Of a stretch of DNA of 64,000 nt, positions 37,590 to 48,684 are shown one piece after another. This stretch comes from Lama guanicoe (lineage: Eukaryota). Each line of letters opens with the position of its first letter. Position 1 is the stretch's first letter. A program made the position numbers and the translations under genes. The stretch is from assembly GCA_013239625.1 (NCBI GenBank), contig MU053557.1, positions 2,262,123-2,326,122 of the forward strand, given 5' to 3'. Under the pieces are notes generated by a model, which saw only the letters and a list, made by a program, of their open reading frames with translations, did no database searches and was not told the DNA's origin.

Positions 37590-37614
37590 AGAAGAAGAAA
37601 AAGAAAAAAAAAAA
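37559..37614 (+). repeat. A29 plus (GAA)n/A-rich tract (56 nt)
   Basis: Read directly; produces the poly-K ORF 37343-37648. Confidence 0.95.
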
Positions 37615-38099
37615 CATAGACACACATTTATCCTCCAGCTCAAATTGAATATTGGAGTAAATAGGTGACTGTATAAGTTTGTTTTAAACCCACGTAGGGG
37701 TGGTACATTATCAGAGCATGGGAAATTAAAGAGCTTTCAAAAGTGAGCTGGACAGCTTCCTCCTCAGTAAAGAATGCCTGCCCTTGATCCCCCAAGGAAA
37801 AGAAAGGAGTGTGCATAGATGGGGAAGGGTCTACATGCCCTACCTCCAGGCAGAAAGCTGCTCATCATGCTTCTGTTGGAAGGAACCCAAGTGAAAGAAG
37901 AGGGCCAAGGTGGCTACTCCTTGTCCCCCAGCCTCTCCACCCTCAGCTCACCAGGTAAGCACATCCTCTCCCCACTTCCGAAGATTCAGCCCTGAATGAG
38001 TCATCACTGTTGTTTCCAGTTTGGTAGGTTTCTTCCTTTTCCAATTCAGAAGACCCATCAATTATTTAGGGCTCCTTGATGATCTCAGGCGGTGACACC

Positions 38100-38850
38100 T
38101 CTGGAGGTTTGTATGGCGTTTCTGAAGGGAAACCATCTGGCCTCCCTTAACTTGTTCATCCCTGGGCTTCTCTCCCGGCTGGTAAGGTGTGGCGGCCACA
38201 GAGCGAGCCAAAACCATCAATATTTCACAGCCTTAATTAAAGTAAACTGAGAGCGGTGGCCTCTCGCAACTGGCTTCCTTTTCCAAAACAAGTGCCTGGC
38301 GTCTTGAGTGAGGGGCACATGGAGGGAAATGGGGGTCCATCTAAAGTTGGAGTGGAGGAGTGAGGGAGCCTAGGGTTTCATTCACCAGGACCTCTCAGAG
38401 TTATAGACCCGCCAGAGTGGAGCTGGCACTGGAAGCAGGGCAGGAAAGAGGGAAGGGGGCTGCCTTTGAGCTGTTTTTGGACAACTGTTGAAGGGACCCG
38501 AAGTTGGACAGCTGGGACCTGCAGCCTGACTTGGGGCTGCATCCACTAGTTCAATGTGAATCGGCTCCAGGGGTCCCAGCAGAGGCTCCAAAGGGCGATG
38601 CAGGGTTGGAGGGTGGTGGCTTTGGTGCAGGTGTCTTTGCCCCTGCTGCCCCTTCCTGCGCTGTCCCCAAGTGCCAAGGCCCGCGCCGCCATCCAGCCCT
38701 GCGGGCAGGAGAGCCGGGAGCCCTGCGATTTGTACATCTATTAATTACCTCCAGCATGGAAGAGCTGCCTATAAATACAGTGGCACTTTAGATAAAACTT
38801 TCATGCAGCTATTTAGAACCTTTAAAATATAAATGATTTCCTCTAAATTT
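38100..38850. promoter_or_regulatory. Candidate POU4F3 distal enhancer ~7.3-8 kb upstream of the ATG (ATOH1-type E-boxes and homeodomain sites)
   Basis: ACCATCTGGC 38132-38141 fits RMCAKMTGKY; CAGCTG 38509, CAGGTG ~38628; TTAATTAA ~38253, TATTAATTA ~38729, AGATAA ~38790; no recognisable repeats. Confidence 0.5.
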
Positions 38851-39109
38851 TTTATCATAAATCAGGGCATGGAGCTAGGCGACACGACGCCGATTTCCCC
38901 CCTGACGGGAGCAAAGCCTTCACTTGCTTTCCTTTTTTCTGTTTCTTTTCTTCCTTTCTTTTTCTCCTTCTTCTTTTTTTAAATTTGCAGTGGCTGGTTA
39001 ATGGTTCTGCTCTTTGCTGCATCCAGGGCTTAAGTGGAAGCGAAGAAGCGACAGGAAGTTTCACCCCCTTTTCCTGGAGGCTGCCTCATGTGTGCAGGAA
39101 AGTTGGTCT

Positions 39110-39290
39110 CTGGGCAGCAGAGCTGAATTCAAATCCTATTCTTGCCACTGATTCCTGTGTGACCTCAAGAAACACACTTAGCTTCTCTGACCGAGCCTCA
39201 GGGCTCCCCTCTGTGAAATAGAGGTGATAAGAGTACTGACTTCAGAGACAGGGTGGCTGGGAGGATTAACATAATGCGCAGAGCCAGACA
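39110..39290 (+). mobile_element. MIR SINE fragment
   Basis: aattcaaatcctattcttgccactgattcctgtgtgacctc...ctgtgaaatagaggtgataagagtac. Confidence 0.65.
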
Positions 39291-40269
39291 GGGGGATGGG
39301 AGAGCTCAAGAAACAGTGAGCTGTGTGCTGAGAGGCAAGTGACTTCACCTCTCTGAACCTGTTTCCTTAGCTATACAGAAAAGGAGGAGGGATAACGCTC
39401 ACTTCCAGGGAGTATGGTGAAGACTGAGTTAAACAGAGGCAGACTCTAAGCTTCTTGAAGCAGGGACATGTGGCCCTTGCTTATCACTGGATCTCCAGAC
39501 CTAGCACGTGCCCAGCATAAAGGAGGTGCTCAACAAGCATTTGATGGATACACGAAGCAACAGAGGCCCCTGCTTTGTTTGCAGAGCACATGGCAAAACC
39601 ACCAGAACGTGGTTTCCATTTATGACGATGGATTTGGTCTCTGCTCTTTTCCCAGGATCTACACTTAGGATCTTGACATATCCACACTGAAAGGGCCTGT
39701 GGAGCCTGTCTCCCTAGCCCTCTTGTGATGGAAACTGAGGCCCAGAGCCCACGAGTGACTTGTCCAGCGTCCAGAGCAGGTTATTTACATATCCATGTTT
39801 GAAGCCACACTTCCTATGCTCCGTCCACCACCACCCCTTGCTGCCTCCTCACATTGGCCATGGAAGAGATGACAACCAAAGAGGCCACAGAGGGACTGAC
39901 TTTTTGACTGAACTCTGAGGCACCTCTGAACTGGAGAAGAGGAAGGCAAAACCAGCCCTCAGGTGCCAGGAATAGTACCATGTGTTTATTGGTTCTTGAG
40001 GACAAGCTGGCCATGCTGCTGACAGCAATACATCTTCTAATGTCCAGAGCTCAGAGGTGAAGAACCTACACTGGGCGTGGAGAGGGGAGTATGAACAAGC
40101 CAAGCACTGATGGCAGGAAGTTATTAGAAAGAGTCTTCTGGACAGTGGCACCTTGAATTCAAACCATTGATCCAAATTCTCCACAGAGCCATGGACTAAA
40201 TCCAGATAACTTGGGCTATCTCTTCACTCTGGACCATGGAACACAATTCCTGCACAACCACCAGAAGTA

Positions 40270-40770
40270 GACCTCACATCCTATCACTGGTCCTGCTTAA
40301 ATGCTCCGGTGGTCACCCCGCCCTCCTTGGAGCAAAATTTAACCCCTCTGCAAAATCCAGCACCTTCCTTTTGACCATCATTTTTCATGTTCACACCTTT
40401 CCCACCACACACCCTACTCGAGCCTTCCTGCTCTTCCCTGACCTCCATAATCTTTCTCCCACCTCAGGACCTTTGCACTTGCCATCCCCCTGTATCTTCA
40501 ATTTTCTCCTTCAAGCCTTGGCTCAAAGGTCGCTCCTCCCATTTCTGTCCCTGCATTCTTGGTTCCATCACTCTGGTTTATTTTCTCTGAGGCAGCTATC
40601 ATTACTGGAGGCTGTCTTTTCATTGCTCCCCTTCTGCTGAAGCATCAGGTGAGGGGGAGGGGTGTAAGTGGGAGTGAGGGGCTGATGTCTGTGTTTACAG
40701 TTGGATTCCTATCTCCTGATGTAGTGGCTACCACAGAGTAGGCACTTAGTAAATGTGTTCAGTGAAGGAA
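40270..40770 (+). mobile_element. L2 LINE fragment(s)
   Basis: cccacctcaggacctttgcacttgcc and the terminal cacagagtaggcacttagtaaatgtgtt. Confidence 0.55.
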
Positions 40771-40849
40771 TGCATGCTGGAGAAGAGCTTTTGGGAATGT
40801 CTTGGCTTGGCCCTCTCATTTTTCATTCAAGGAAACTGAGGCCTTGAGG

Positions 40850-41230
40850 AGGCAGGGACGTGCGTGGAGCCCAAACGCCTGAGGGCCAGCGCTTGGTCCG
40901 CGGGGCGAGGGACCCCAGGGAAAGGGGAGTGCTCCTGGCGCGTGCCGGTCCCTCAAGGATGCTCGGCCTTAGGCTCTGGAGTCCCTCTGGGCATCTCGGA
41001 TCGTCGGAGCCCGTGCAGACAATGCGAGGCGAGCGGCCGACAGGCGAGTCCGCAGCAGCTGCGCAGGCGGCGGGTACATGTGAGAAGTTTGTGAAAGGAG
41101 ACGAGAGAAAGGGAGAGAGAGGAAGGCGAGGCAGGCGGCTTCGAACACCTGGCCACGCAGCCCCGCCAGCTGCCTCCCCGCTATGGCATCTTGAGTTCGG
41201 GCGGTCTATCGGGGCCATCTCCCATTCCAC
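40850..41230. promoter_or_regulatory. Small CpG island ~5 kb upstream of POU4F3
   Basis: Abrupt rise in GC and CpG density; E-boxes GCAGCTGC and CCAGCTGC. Confidence 0.6.
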
Positions 41231-41479
41231 CCCTCGCCTCTCTCCCCTGCTCTGGGAGGTGGAGCTTGGCCAGGGATGGAGGTGGGAGGGTCGCTGCTGG
41301 CTTCCCCTGTGGCCTCAGCCGGAAGCAGGCTTGGAGCGGGACCAGACTCCGAGCCTCTGGAAGCAAGGCCTTCTGAGAAAGAAGTGAAAGCCGGCTCACC
41401 CCACTCCATCAGCCCCTGGGCCTGGGTGATGGGGAAGCCAGTGCCAGCCTAGAATGTTCGTTAACTTTATCATGGCCTT

Positions 41480-41670
41480 GCGAGTCAGACACCTGGGTTC
41501 CAATTGTCACTCTACTACACTTAACTGTGTGGCCTTGGGCAACTCAGTCTGTGCCTCAGTTTTCTCATCTATCAAATGGAGCTAATAATATCAACTTCAC
41601 AGTCTTGAGGTGGGGATTCAGTGTACAATACTTCTAAAGCACATACCCATGTTTTCCTTCCTGGCACACA
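41480..41670 (+). mobile_element. MIR SINE fragment
   Basis: agtcagacacctgggttcc...ctgtgtggccttgggcaa...gtgcctcagttttctcatctatcaaatggagctaataata. Confidence 0.75.
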
Positions 41671-42052
41671 GGAACCACCCCACCAATGGCTCCTCTTGGT
41701 GTCACCATCATCACAGGCTAGAGTCCTGGGGAGGATATTATTCATGCACTCACTCATTCAACATAAATGACTATATTAAGCTCCTACGTGTTGCCTATAC
41801 CTGTAGACACAGGTACTGGAGACACAGGGACAGGTAAGACTTACCGTCAAAGAAATCCCAGGGTCCTTCAAGAATCAGAGACCATAAAACATCATTTTCT
41901 TACCAAGACATGATAGAGAAAGATGGAAAAGACTCAAAGGAGGAAAGAAAGGTCTCTCTTTGTGTCTTGGTGAAACTTACACAATTAGGTCAGGATTTTA
42001 AAATCATCACTACCACCACGACCATCAGCATCCACAGACAACAAGTACTCAG

Positions 42053-42220
42053 AGCAAGCTTTTCAATTTGAGGGTCCCAGATCACCTGCATGCAAATCAG
42101 GGCTGTCTATTAAAAAGGACCTTCATCCTTGTGGCCAAATCTCTGTATGTGGTCCTAGGATGCTGTATTTTAAGAGGTAGCAGATGATTACTCATAGTAA
42201 AGCTGGAAACCGCTGGCCCA
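42053..42220. mobile_element. MER5A-like hAT-Charlie fragment
   Basis: agatcacctgcat...attaaaa...ctgtattttaagagg...cagatgatt...aaagctggaaaccgctgg. Confidence 0.45.
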
Positions 42221-43884
42221 CAGCAAAAAGGCCTCTGCCTCCCCACCCCAGCATTTGTTTAGGGCTAGCTCTTCTGGAAAACATCGTGCTTGGTGTCCTG
42301 ACTTAAGGTTGTATGTAGTGGTTCCATGTCCCCACTAGACTCTCAGCTCCTGAAGCAATGTGCTTTCTCCTTGCAGAACCCATCACAAGGCCCAGCTGTC
42401 AGTAGGTATCCTGAAATGAATGTACAATGAAGAAAATAACCTCTTTAGTGTCACTGGCATGAATGCCCATGTGTCCTTCCTTGGACCCTCAGACATATTT
42501 TGTTTGGGTCATACATGGTGTGTGTGTGTGTGTGTATTTTAGCTGTAACTTAATATCTTGGGGATGAGGGTGGGGAGATGTTCTCTCTAGTTTACAATAG
42601 TCACAACTGTACTCTCTTTTATACACCCAGCTCATTAATTTTACCAGACTTGCCCCTGACAGAATTTAAGTTTGTGAATCTGGGAAAGTGTAGAGGATGC
42701 TGTCAACTGTGTTCTGGGGCTCCCCTTCCACTTGCTTTCCGAGTGGTCTTTGCCTACGTTCTTTTCCAGTCTGTCCTCTCCAGGGCTTTCTCAGAAAGAC
42801 TGGTTCCTAAGGATGGGTGTCATCTTACTGCTGGATTCCCAGAGCTGCTCATAAATCCTCTTGAAGGAAAGGGTGGGAGAACCCCAGGGAACACAGGTTG
42901 CCCGATGCAAGCATGGTTTTTGATTTGTGATCCTAATGCCTCAGGATGCTGGAGTGGGGGCTGGTGAGCTAAAGGTCGCACTAGAGGCCTAAGGGGCTAC
43001 TTGGTTTGGCTCTGTCTCTGACCCCTGCCTGACCTCATCCCTGCCTAGTATCTCCCAGGCTCTTGAGGGGACAAAGCAGAGAAGAATGGATGTGAGTGGA
43101 TCTTCCCATCCATTTCTGGAGGTTCAGCTTCACAGACAACAAGGGTGTTATGGAGTGAGTGTCAGTCTCAGGGCACCGGGAAGGCAGGAAAGTTACAGAT
43201 TCTTCTCCTTGGAGGACCCAGGCTCCCTAGCTTTCCCCACCCTTTCCCCTTTGGCTTCTAGCACTGGGCGGGAAACAAGAATGTGTGCTCCTAAATACTG
43301 GTGAGTGATAAAATAATGCTGCGTTTAGCTTCTAGGGTGTTGAGGGCTCCTGGAGAGAAGTGCCTGACTTGCGCAAAATGTGCTTCATTTACATGAACCA
43401 GAATGCTAGTCTTTTGCTAGACCTGGAAGCATTTAGCAATTGTCTAGTCCAGCACTCTCTTGTGGGTAAATTGAGGCCCAGCCAAGGTCACATAGACCCA
43501 GTGTTTCCATACTGTCCCGAACCCAGCCCTCCTGAGGCTCACGCTTCTGATGCGAACTCCGTGTTTCAAGAATCACACCAGCTTTGCTCTGTGTCTTTGT
43601 GTATGGATCTGCTTCCCCTCACTGCAGTGTAAGTTTACAGCCAATCTCCTGCAGTAGATTTTAGACTGGTGATTCTGTGAGGGCAGGGATGCAGTCTGAT
43701 TCACATCTGCATGGTGATTCATATCACCATGGAGTCTGGCGCAAAGCAGGTGCTCACGAATGAAGGAGAGCAAAGAACCAGTTTGCACCTGCGGACAAAC
43801 CACTGCTCTCCAGGGGGAGGACCCAGGCGGCTCCTGCTTCCGAAGGCTTTCTCTTTAAGTCAAGGGAGGAAGAAGAGAGGAAGA

Positions 43885-44070
43885 CACATTTATTCCATGA
43901 TTTCAAGGTGCCAGGCACTGTGCCAAATGCTTCTCAGTGCATTCCTCACAACAATCAGTGGAGGAGAAACTGTGATGTCTGTTTAACAGATGAGGAAACT
44001 GCAGGACAAACACTGAGGTGGCTGCTGGCCTCTCCACAAGCAAGAGGCAGAGATGAGTTTTGAATCTGAG
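43885..44070 (-). mobile_element. MIR SINE fragment
   Basis: gtgccaggcactgtgccaaatgc...ttcctcacaacaa...ttaacagatgaggaaactg. Confidence 0.7.
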
Positions 44071-44229
44071 GGCAGGGCCTGCACCCCCAAGCATCAGGTT
44101 GTGAGGAGGTTGACTCAGTGCTTTCCGTTCTACTCCAGCTGGAAACATCTTCCCCAGAACCCGAGAAGGCAAACAGCAATGCTGTTCCCACTTTCAAGCT
44201 CAGGAGACAGGCCCAGAAAGGGTTAGTGA

Positions 44230-44700
44230 AAGGGCCGCCCTTGTCTTCCCGCACCTGGGTGATCCTCTCCCCGGGTTGGAGGACAGGTCCCGGGCAAGAG
44301 GGCTGGCTCTGAAGCGGACAAGGAGGACTGGCAGGACCTGGCACTGCTTTCTCTTAGGCCGAGGTAGGGGGGGGGGGTCCCTTCCTCCCCTCCCCAACCC
44401 CGTTAACATTCTGATTAATCCTGACTCACACCCCCTGGCTCGGGGGCCGATCTCTCCGACTACACGGATCCCTGAAACCGGAAGGCAGCTCGGCGAGTGG
44501 TGGCGGCGTCCGGGGATGGTGGGCTCAGCTGGGCTCGCGGCTTCACTCCCAACCCGGAGGGCGGCGCGGCGCGGTCCCAGGATTCCCCATGCATTATTCA
44601 CGATGTTTACTAGCGCGGGGAAAGGAGAGGAGAGAAGAGGGGAGGAGAGGGGAGCAGAGGGGACGCGGGGGCGGGGCACTACTAACCCCGGGGCACGCAG
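44230..44700. promoter_or_regulatory. CpG-rich upstream regulatory block 1.4-1.9 kb before the POU4F3 ATG
   Basis: G11 tract 44367-44377, TAATCC, AP-1 TGACTCA, POU-type ATGCATTATTCAC 44589-44601, FOX TGTTTAC 44604. Confidence 0.5.
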
Positions 44701-44829
44701 GTCCTGAAACTTTAGGAAGGAAGACAAAGTAGCCAAGTGGTTAAGAGCCTGGGAAGTCAGACGCGGTGCCTGGCACACAGTAGGACAGCAGTAAATATTT
44801 GTGTGATGGATAATAGAACGAGTGAGTGA

Positions 44830-45000
44830 ATGGCTCTGACCCCAACTAGTTGTGTTGTCTTGAGCTGAACCCCTGACCCTCGTTTTCTTCGGTGAAACAG
44901 CGTAACAGTACCTGTTCCGTAGGGTGTGAGGATACCATGAGCTAACTTTTTATCTGGCCTAGCACATAGTAGGAGCTCAAAAATGATGGCTATCGTTATG
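44830..45000 (+). mobile_element. MIR SINE fragment
   Basis: aactagttgtgttgtcttgagc...gtgaggataccatgagctaa...cctagcacatagtaggagctcaaaaatg. Confidence 0.6.
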
Positions 45001-45430
45001 GGGAATGGGGCTTGTAGGCGTCTGCGGCCCAGCAGAAGTGAACTGACTCCTAAGGCCGGTGTGCAGTCCTGAACATTTATTATTCTAAAATACATTCAGG
45101 AATCTTCCTTAGACTGGCGGGTAGGGCGGAGGGCGGGGGAGGGGCAAGTTGTCTTTCTCAAGCGAAGGCAAGAAGGACCACCGCGGGGAGGAAACCCCAG
45201 GCCTCCTGGACTGGGCAGGCAGTTACTTCCCCCATCTCCACCCCAGCCGCCGGTTGGGAGGTGGGGGTCACCTGGGGCCCATTCTGGCATTTTCTCACCC
45301 TCCCTGGAGCCCGTCTGGGCTCTTGGAGGCGCCTCTTCGCTGCGCCGCGCGGCTGGACTCTGGTGGACCGTTCGGGCGTGGGGCCAGGAGCGCCCTGGAA
45401 ATGGGCAGTTTGGCGGCAGCCAGGCCGACA

Positions 45431-45605
<175 letters not shown>

Positions 45606-45750
45606 GGGTTGGAGTAAGGTCAGCTTCCTGGCCCAGAGCTGCCCTTCTATATGGGCAGTACGAGCTGGGACAGGATGGAGAGGTTTGGGACTTTGGGGGG
45701 GAAAAAGTCCTCGAAGAAGAAAGAATCCGGAAGGTCTGCGGGCTGGAGCC

Positions 45751-45800
45751 GGGCGGGGCGGGGCGGACGAGGAGAGGCCAGGCCCGGCCGGGGTATAAAT
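45751..45800 (+). promoter_or_regulatory. POU4F3: POU4F3 core promoter: tandem GC boxes and TATA box
   Basis: GGGCGGGGCGGGGCGG 45751-45766; TATAAAT 45794-45800, ~300 bp before the ATG. Confidence 0.75.
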
Positions 45801-46096
45801 GATGCGGCGGGGGTGGCAGGGGCCGGTGCAGAGAGACAAGCGGAGAGCTGCTGCCTGGCCTCGCCTCCCGGGCCGCCCCAGCGAGTCTTGGGCGCGTGAA
45901 CACGCCTGCGCGCGCCCGGGCCCTTCCTGGCAGGCTGCTTGTAAGATGAGTGAAGAAGCAGGTGGGGGAGAGGGGAGGCAGCCAGCGAGAAAGCGAGGGG
46001 AGCGCGGGCGCTGAGCGGCGCTCACTTGGAGAGCGGCGAGCGAGCGAGACGAGCCTGATCCATGTCCCTCGCTGCCTCCCTGCCAGGCGCGCGAAG

Positions 46097-46216
46097 ATGA
46101 TGGCCATGAACGCCAAGCAGCCTTTCGGCATGCACCCGGTGCTTCAAGAACCCAAATTCTCCAGCCTGCACTCCGGCTCCGAGGCCATGCGCCGAGTATG
46201 TCTCCCAGCCCCGCAG
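46097..46216 (+). CDS. POU4F3: POU4F3 (Brn-3c) coding exon 1: MMAMNAKQPFGMHPVLQEPKFSSLHSGSEAMRRVCLPAPQ
   Basis: 40 codons from ATG 46097; donor CAG|gtacgt at 46217 (phase 0); POU-IV family N-terminus. Confidence 0.97.
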
Positions 46217-46539
46217 GTACGTAGTGGAGCATAATTACCGCTCTAAGGCACATTTTTTGACAGGCACTTGCTTCATGTTTTTTTCATGTCGCCCAGAACA
46301 ATCGCCGCTGTCTGAACCCCTCTCCTTGTCTCCCCCGCGCTCTCTCCCGGCGCGCTCTCTCTCTCTCTCTCTCATTCATGTCTCTGATCCACACGTCTGT
46401 TCCAGCAGAGCCTCTGTCTCCGTATTAATTTTTATGACCTGGGCTTTGAGGAGAGGCATCTCGGTTGCTTGAAAATGTGTTTTAATCCTGAGTTGACAGT
46501 ATTCCCCACTGACCGTGCTGTGCGCCTTCTCGCTTGCAG

Positions 46540-47436
46540 CTGCAGGGTAATATATTTGGAAGCTTTGATGAGAGCCTGCTGGCACGCGCCGAAGCTCTGG
46601 CGGCGGTGGATATCGTCTCCCACGGCAAGAACCATCCGTTCAAGCCCGACGCCACCTACCATACCATGAGCAGCGTGCCCTGCACGTCCACTTCGTCCAC
46701 CGTGCCCATCTCCCACCCGGCCGCGCTCACCTCGCACCCGCACCACGCCGTGCACCAGGGCCTCGAGGGCGACCTGCTAGAGCACATCTCGCCCACGCTG
46801 AGCGTAAGCGGCTTGGGTGCCCCCGAGCACTCTGTGATGCCAGCGCAAATCCACCCGCACCACCTGGGCGCCATGGGCCATCTGCACCAGGCCATGGGCA
46901 TGAGCCACCCACATGCCGTGGCGCCGCACAGCGCCATGCCTGCATGCCTCAGCGACGTGGAGTCGGACCCGCGAGAGCTTGAGGCCTTTGCCGAGCGCTT
47001 CAAGCAGCGGCGCATCAAGTTGGGGGTGACCCAGGCGGACGTGGGCGCGGCTCTAGCCAACCTCAAGATCCCCGGCGTCGGCTCGCTCAGCCAGAGCACC
47101 ATCTGCAGGTTCGAGTCTCTCACTCTATCTCACAACAACATGATTGCACTCAAGCCAGTGCTCCAAGCTTGGCTGGAAGAAGCCGAGGCCGCCTATCGAG
47201 AGAAAAACAGCAAGCCGGAGCTCTTCAACGGCAGTGAACGGAAGCGCAAACGCACGTCCATCGCGGCACCAGAGAAGCGCTCGCTAGAGGCCTACTTCGC
47301 TATCCAGCCGCGGCCCTCATCTGAGAAGATCGCAGCCATTGCTGAGAAACTGGACCTTAAAAAGAACGTGGTGAGGGTCTGGTTCTGCAACCAGAGACAG
47401 AAACAGAAACGAATGAAATATTCGGCTGTCCACTGA
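46540..47436 (+). CDS. POU4F3: POU4F3 coding exon 2 (rest of POU-IV box, POU-specific domain, POU homeodomain); full protein 338 aa
   Basis: Acceptor ttgcag| at 46539 (323-nt intron); DPRELEAFAERFKQRRIKLGVTQADVG...SQSTICRFESL (POU-specific domain) and VVRVWFCNQRQKQKRMKYSAVH* (homeodomain, POU4F3 C-terminus). Confidence 0.99.
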   Translation: MQGNIFGSFDESLLARAEALAAVDIVSHGKNHPFKPDATYHTMSSVPCTSTSSTVPISHPAALTSHPHHAVHQGLEGDLLEHISPTLSVSGLGAPEHSVMPAQIHPHHLGAMGHLHQAMGMSHPHAVAPHSAMPACLSDVESDPRELEAFAERFKQRRIKLGVTQADVGAALANLKIPGVGSLSQSTICRFESLTLSHNNMIALKPVLQAWLEEAEAAYREKNSKPELFNGSERKRKRTSIAAPEKRSLEAYFAIQPRPSSEKIAAIAEKLDLKKNVVRVWFCNQRQKQKRMKYSAVH

Positions 47437-48630
47437 CTGCTGCCGGGCACGGTGTTCGGGGCCGGGAGAGCTGAGTGTACGTCCCTCCAGAGTGGGGGAA
47501 CAGTTCTGGGGGCTCCTAGCAGGTCAGGTTCTCTCCCCTGAAGCCACAAACTTTCCCCTTTTATCCCACCTGGTTGCTTCCCGGCCTTCTCTTTCCCTTC
47601 TTTCCGTTGTATTTTTTCCACCAGAAAAGTTTGGGCGCTAAGAAAAAAATTCATAAAGGGCAGGCCTGGAGGGATTCGTGCTGTCCGTGGTGCTGAAAAT
47701 TGCCCTCGCGCGCTGGACTGCGCGACCTCAGGGCGGGAGCCCAAACACAGGGGATAGTCAACTGACCCGACCGCCTGACTCCGGGGTAAAGGCGTCACTT
47801 TGCTAAGCACGATCAGATGAGGCAGTGAAAGGATGGGAAGGAAGAGATAAGTAGTAATACAAAGTCTAACTGGGGCACAAACATGCACTAGAGATTTATT
47901 CAGAGTATATAAGATACATAGAAAGTGTATGTTTCCAAAGGATAGCCTTATTCTCCCTTCCCCGCCTAAATTTTATCCATCTCATCCTTTGGTTTTCCGT
48001 AAGTTTTCTAAGGTAGCATGGATTAGATTCAGGGAAAATATGCAGGGAGGTTCGGGCTCCAAACTGTTCTCCGCCGTAAGCTGGGCTCCAGAAAAGATGT
48101 GCCCAATTCAGTGACTGAAAATGCTGGGATTGCGTAGCTGTTTGCAAGCAGCAGCCAGTCCCTCCTCTGACCCATCCGCCACGTTCTGTTGGCGTTTGAG
48201 AGGTAATGACCGCCTGCAGGAGAGCGGGGGACTGGTAGTGTTCCGGCCGGACTGAGGACTCTTTCACCCCAGCTCGCTCTTCCAACCAGACTTCCAGAGC
48301 AGCGCAGAGGCGGCTGCTCGAAAGTAATTGTAACTTCTGCGAATCATATGCAAGTCCTTCCAACACGTCTCACCTCGTAGCGCTCTTATTATTATTGTTA
48401 TTAGCATCGTTATTTACTATTATTTATTTAACTCCTCTTCTTTCCATCCCACTTATTTGGGTGCCTCTCGGTGGAGGTTCGCTCAGTTTTGGGTGGAAAG
48501 AGGGGCTAAATCGCCGACTTTGTTCCTTCTTACCCTAATCCCTCTGGCCACATCACATTTTATCTTTCGTTGCTTCATGTAATTTGTGTGTTGCTGTGTG
48601 ATCTTTGGTTTCGTTCTCCAAATAGATGCA

Positions 48631-48684
48631 AATAAAATATTGTTTCCTTCTCTCGTTACCCCTTGAATTAACTTCTAAAATAAA
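48631..48684 (+). terminator. Probable POU4F3 polyadenylation signals (AATAAA 48631-48636 and 48679-48684)
   Basis: First canonical hexamers seen after the stop codon, each followed by U-rich sequence; implies a ~1.2-kb 3'UTR. Confidence 0.65.

Noticed and set aside
37343..37648. Poly-lysine ORF
   Set aside because: Translation of the poly(A) tract.
40823..41387. 135-175-aa ORFs in the upstream CpG island
   Set aside because: Composition-driven; no recognisable homology or exon structure.
45643..45654. CArG/SRF box in the promoter
   Set aside because: CCTTCTATATGG does not fit CC(A/T)6GG.
45950..46096. In-frame N-terminal extension of POU4F3 from GTG 45950 (or CTG 46055)
   Set aside because: Only near-cognate starts; an open frame is expected in GC-rich leaders, and ATG 46097 gives the known 338-aa protein.
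46656..47123. 155-aa antisense ORF
   Set aside because: Shadow of the GC3-rich POU4F3 coding strand.
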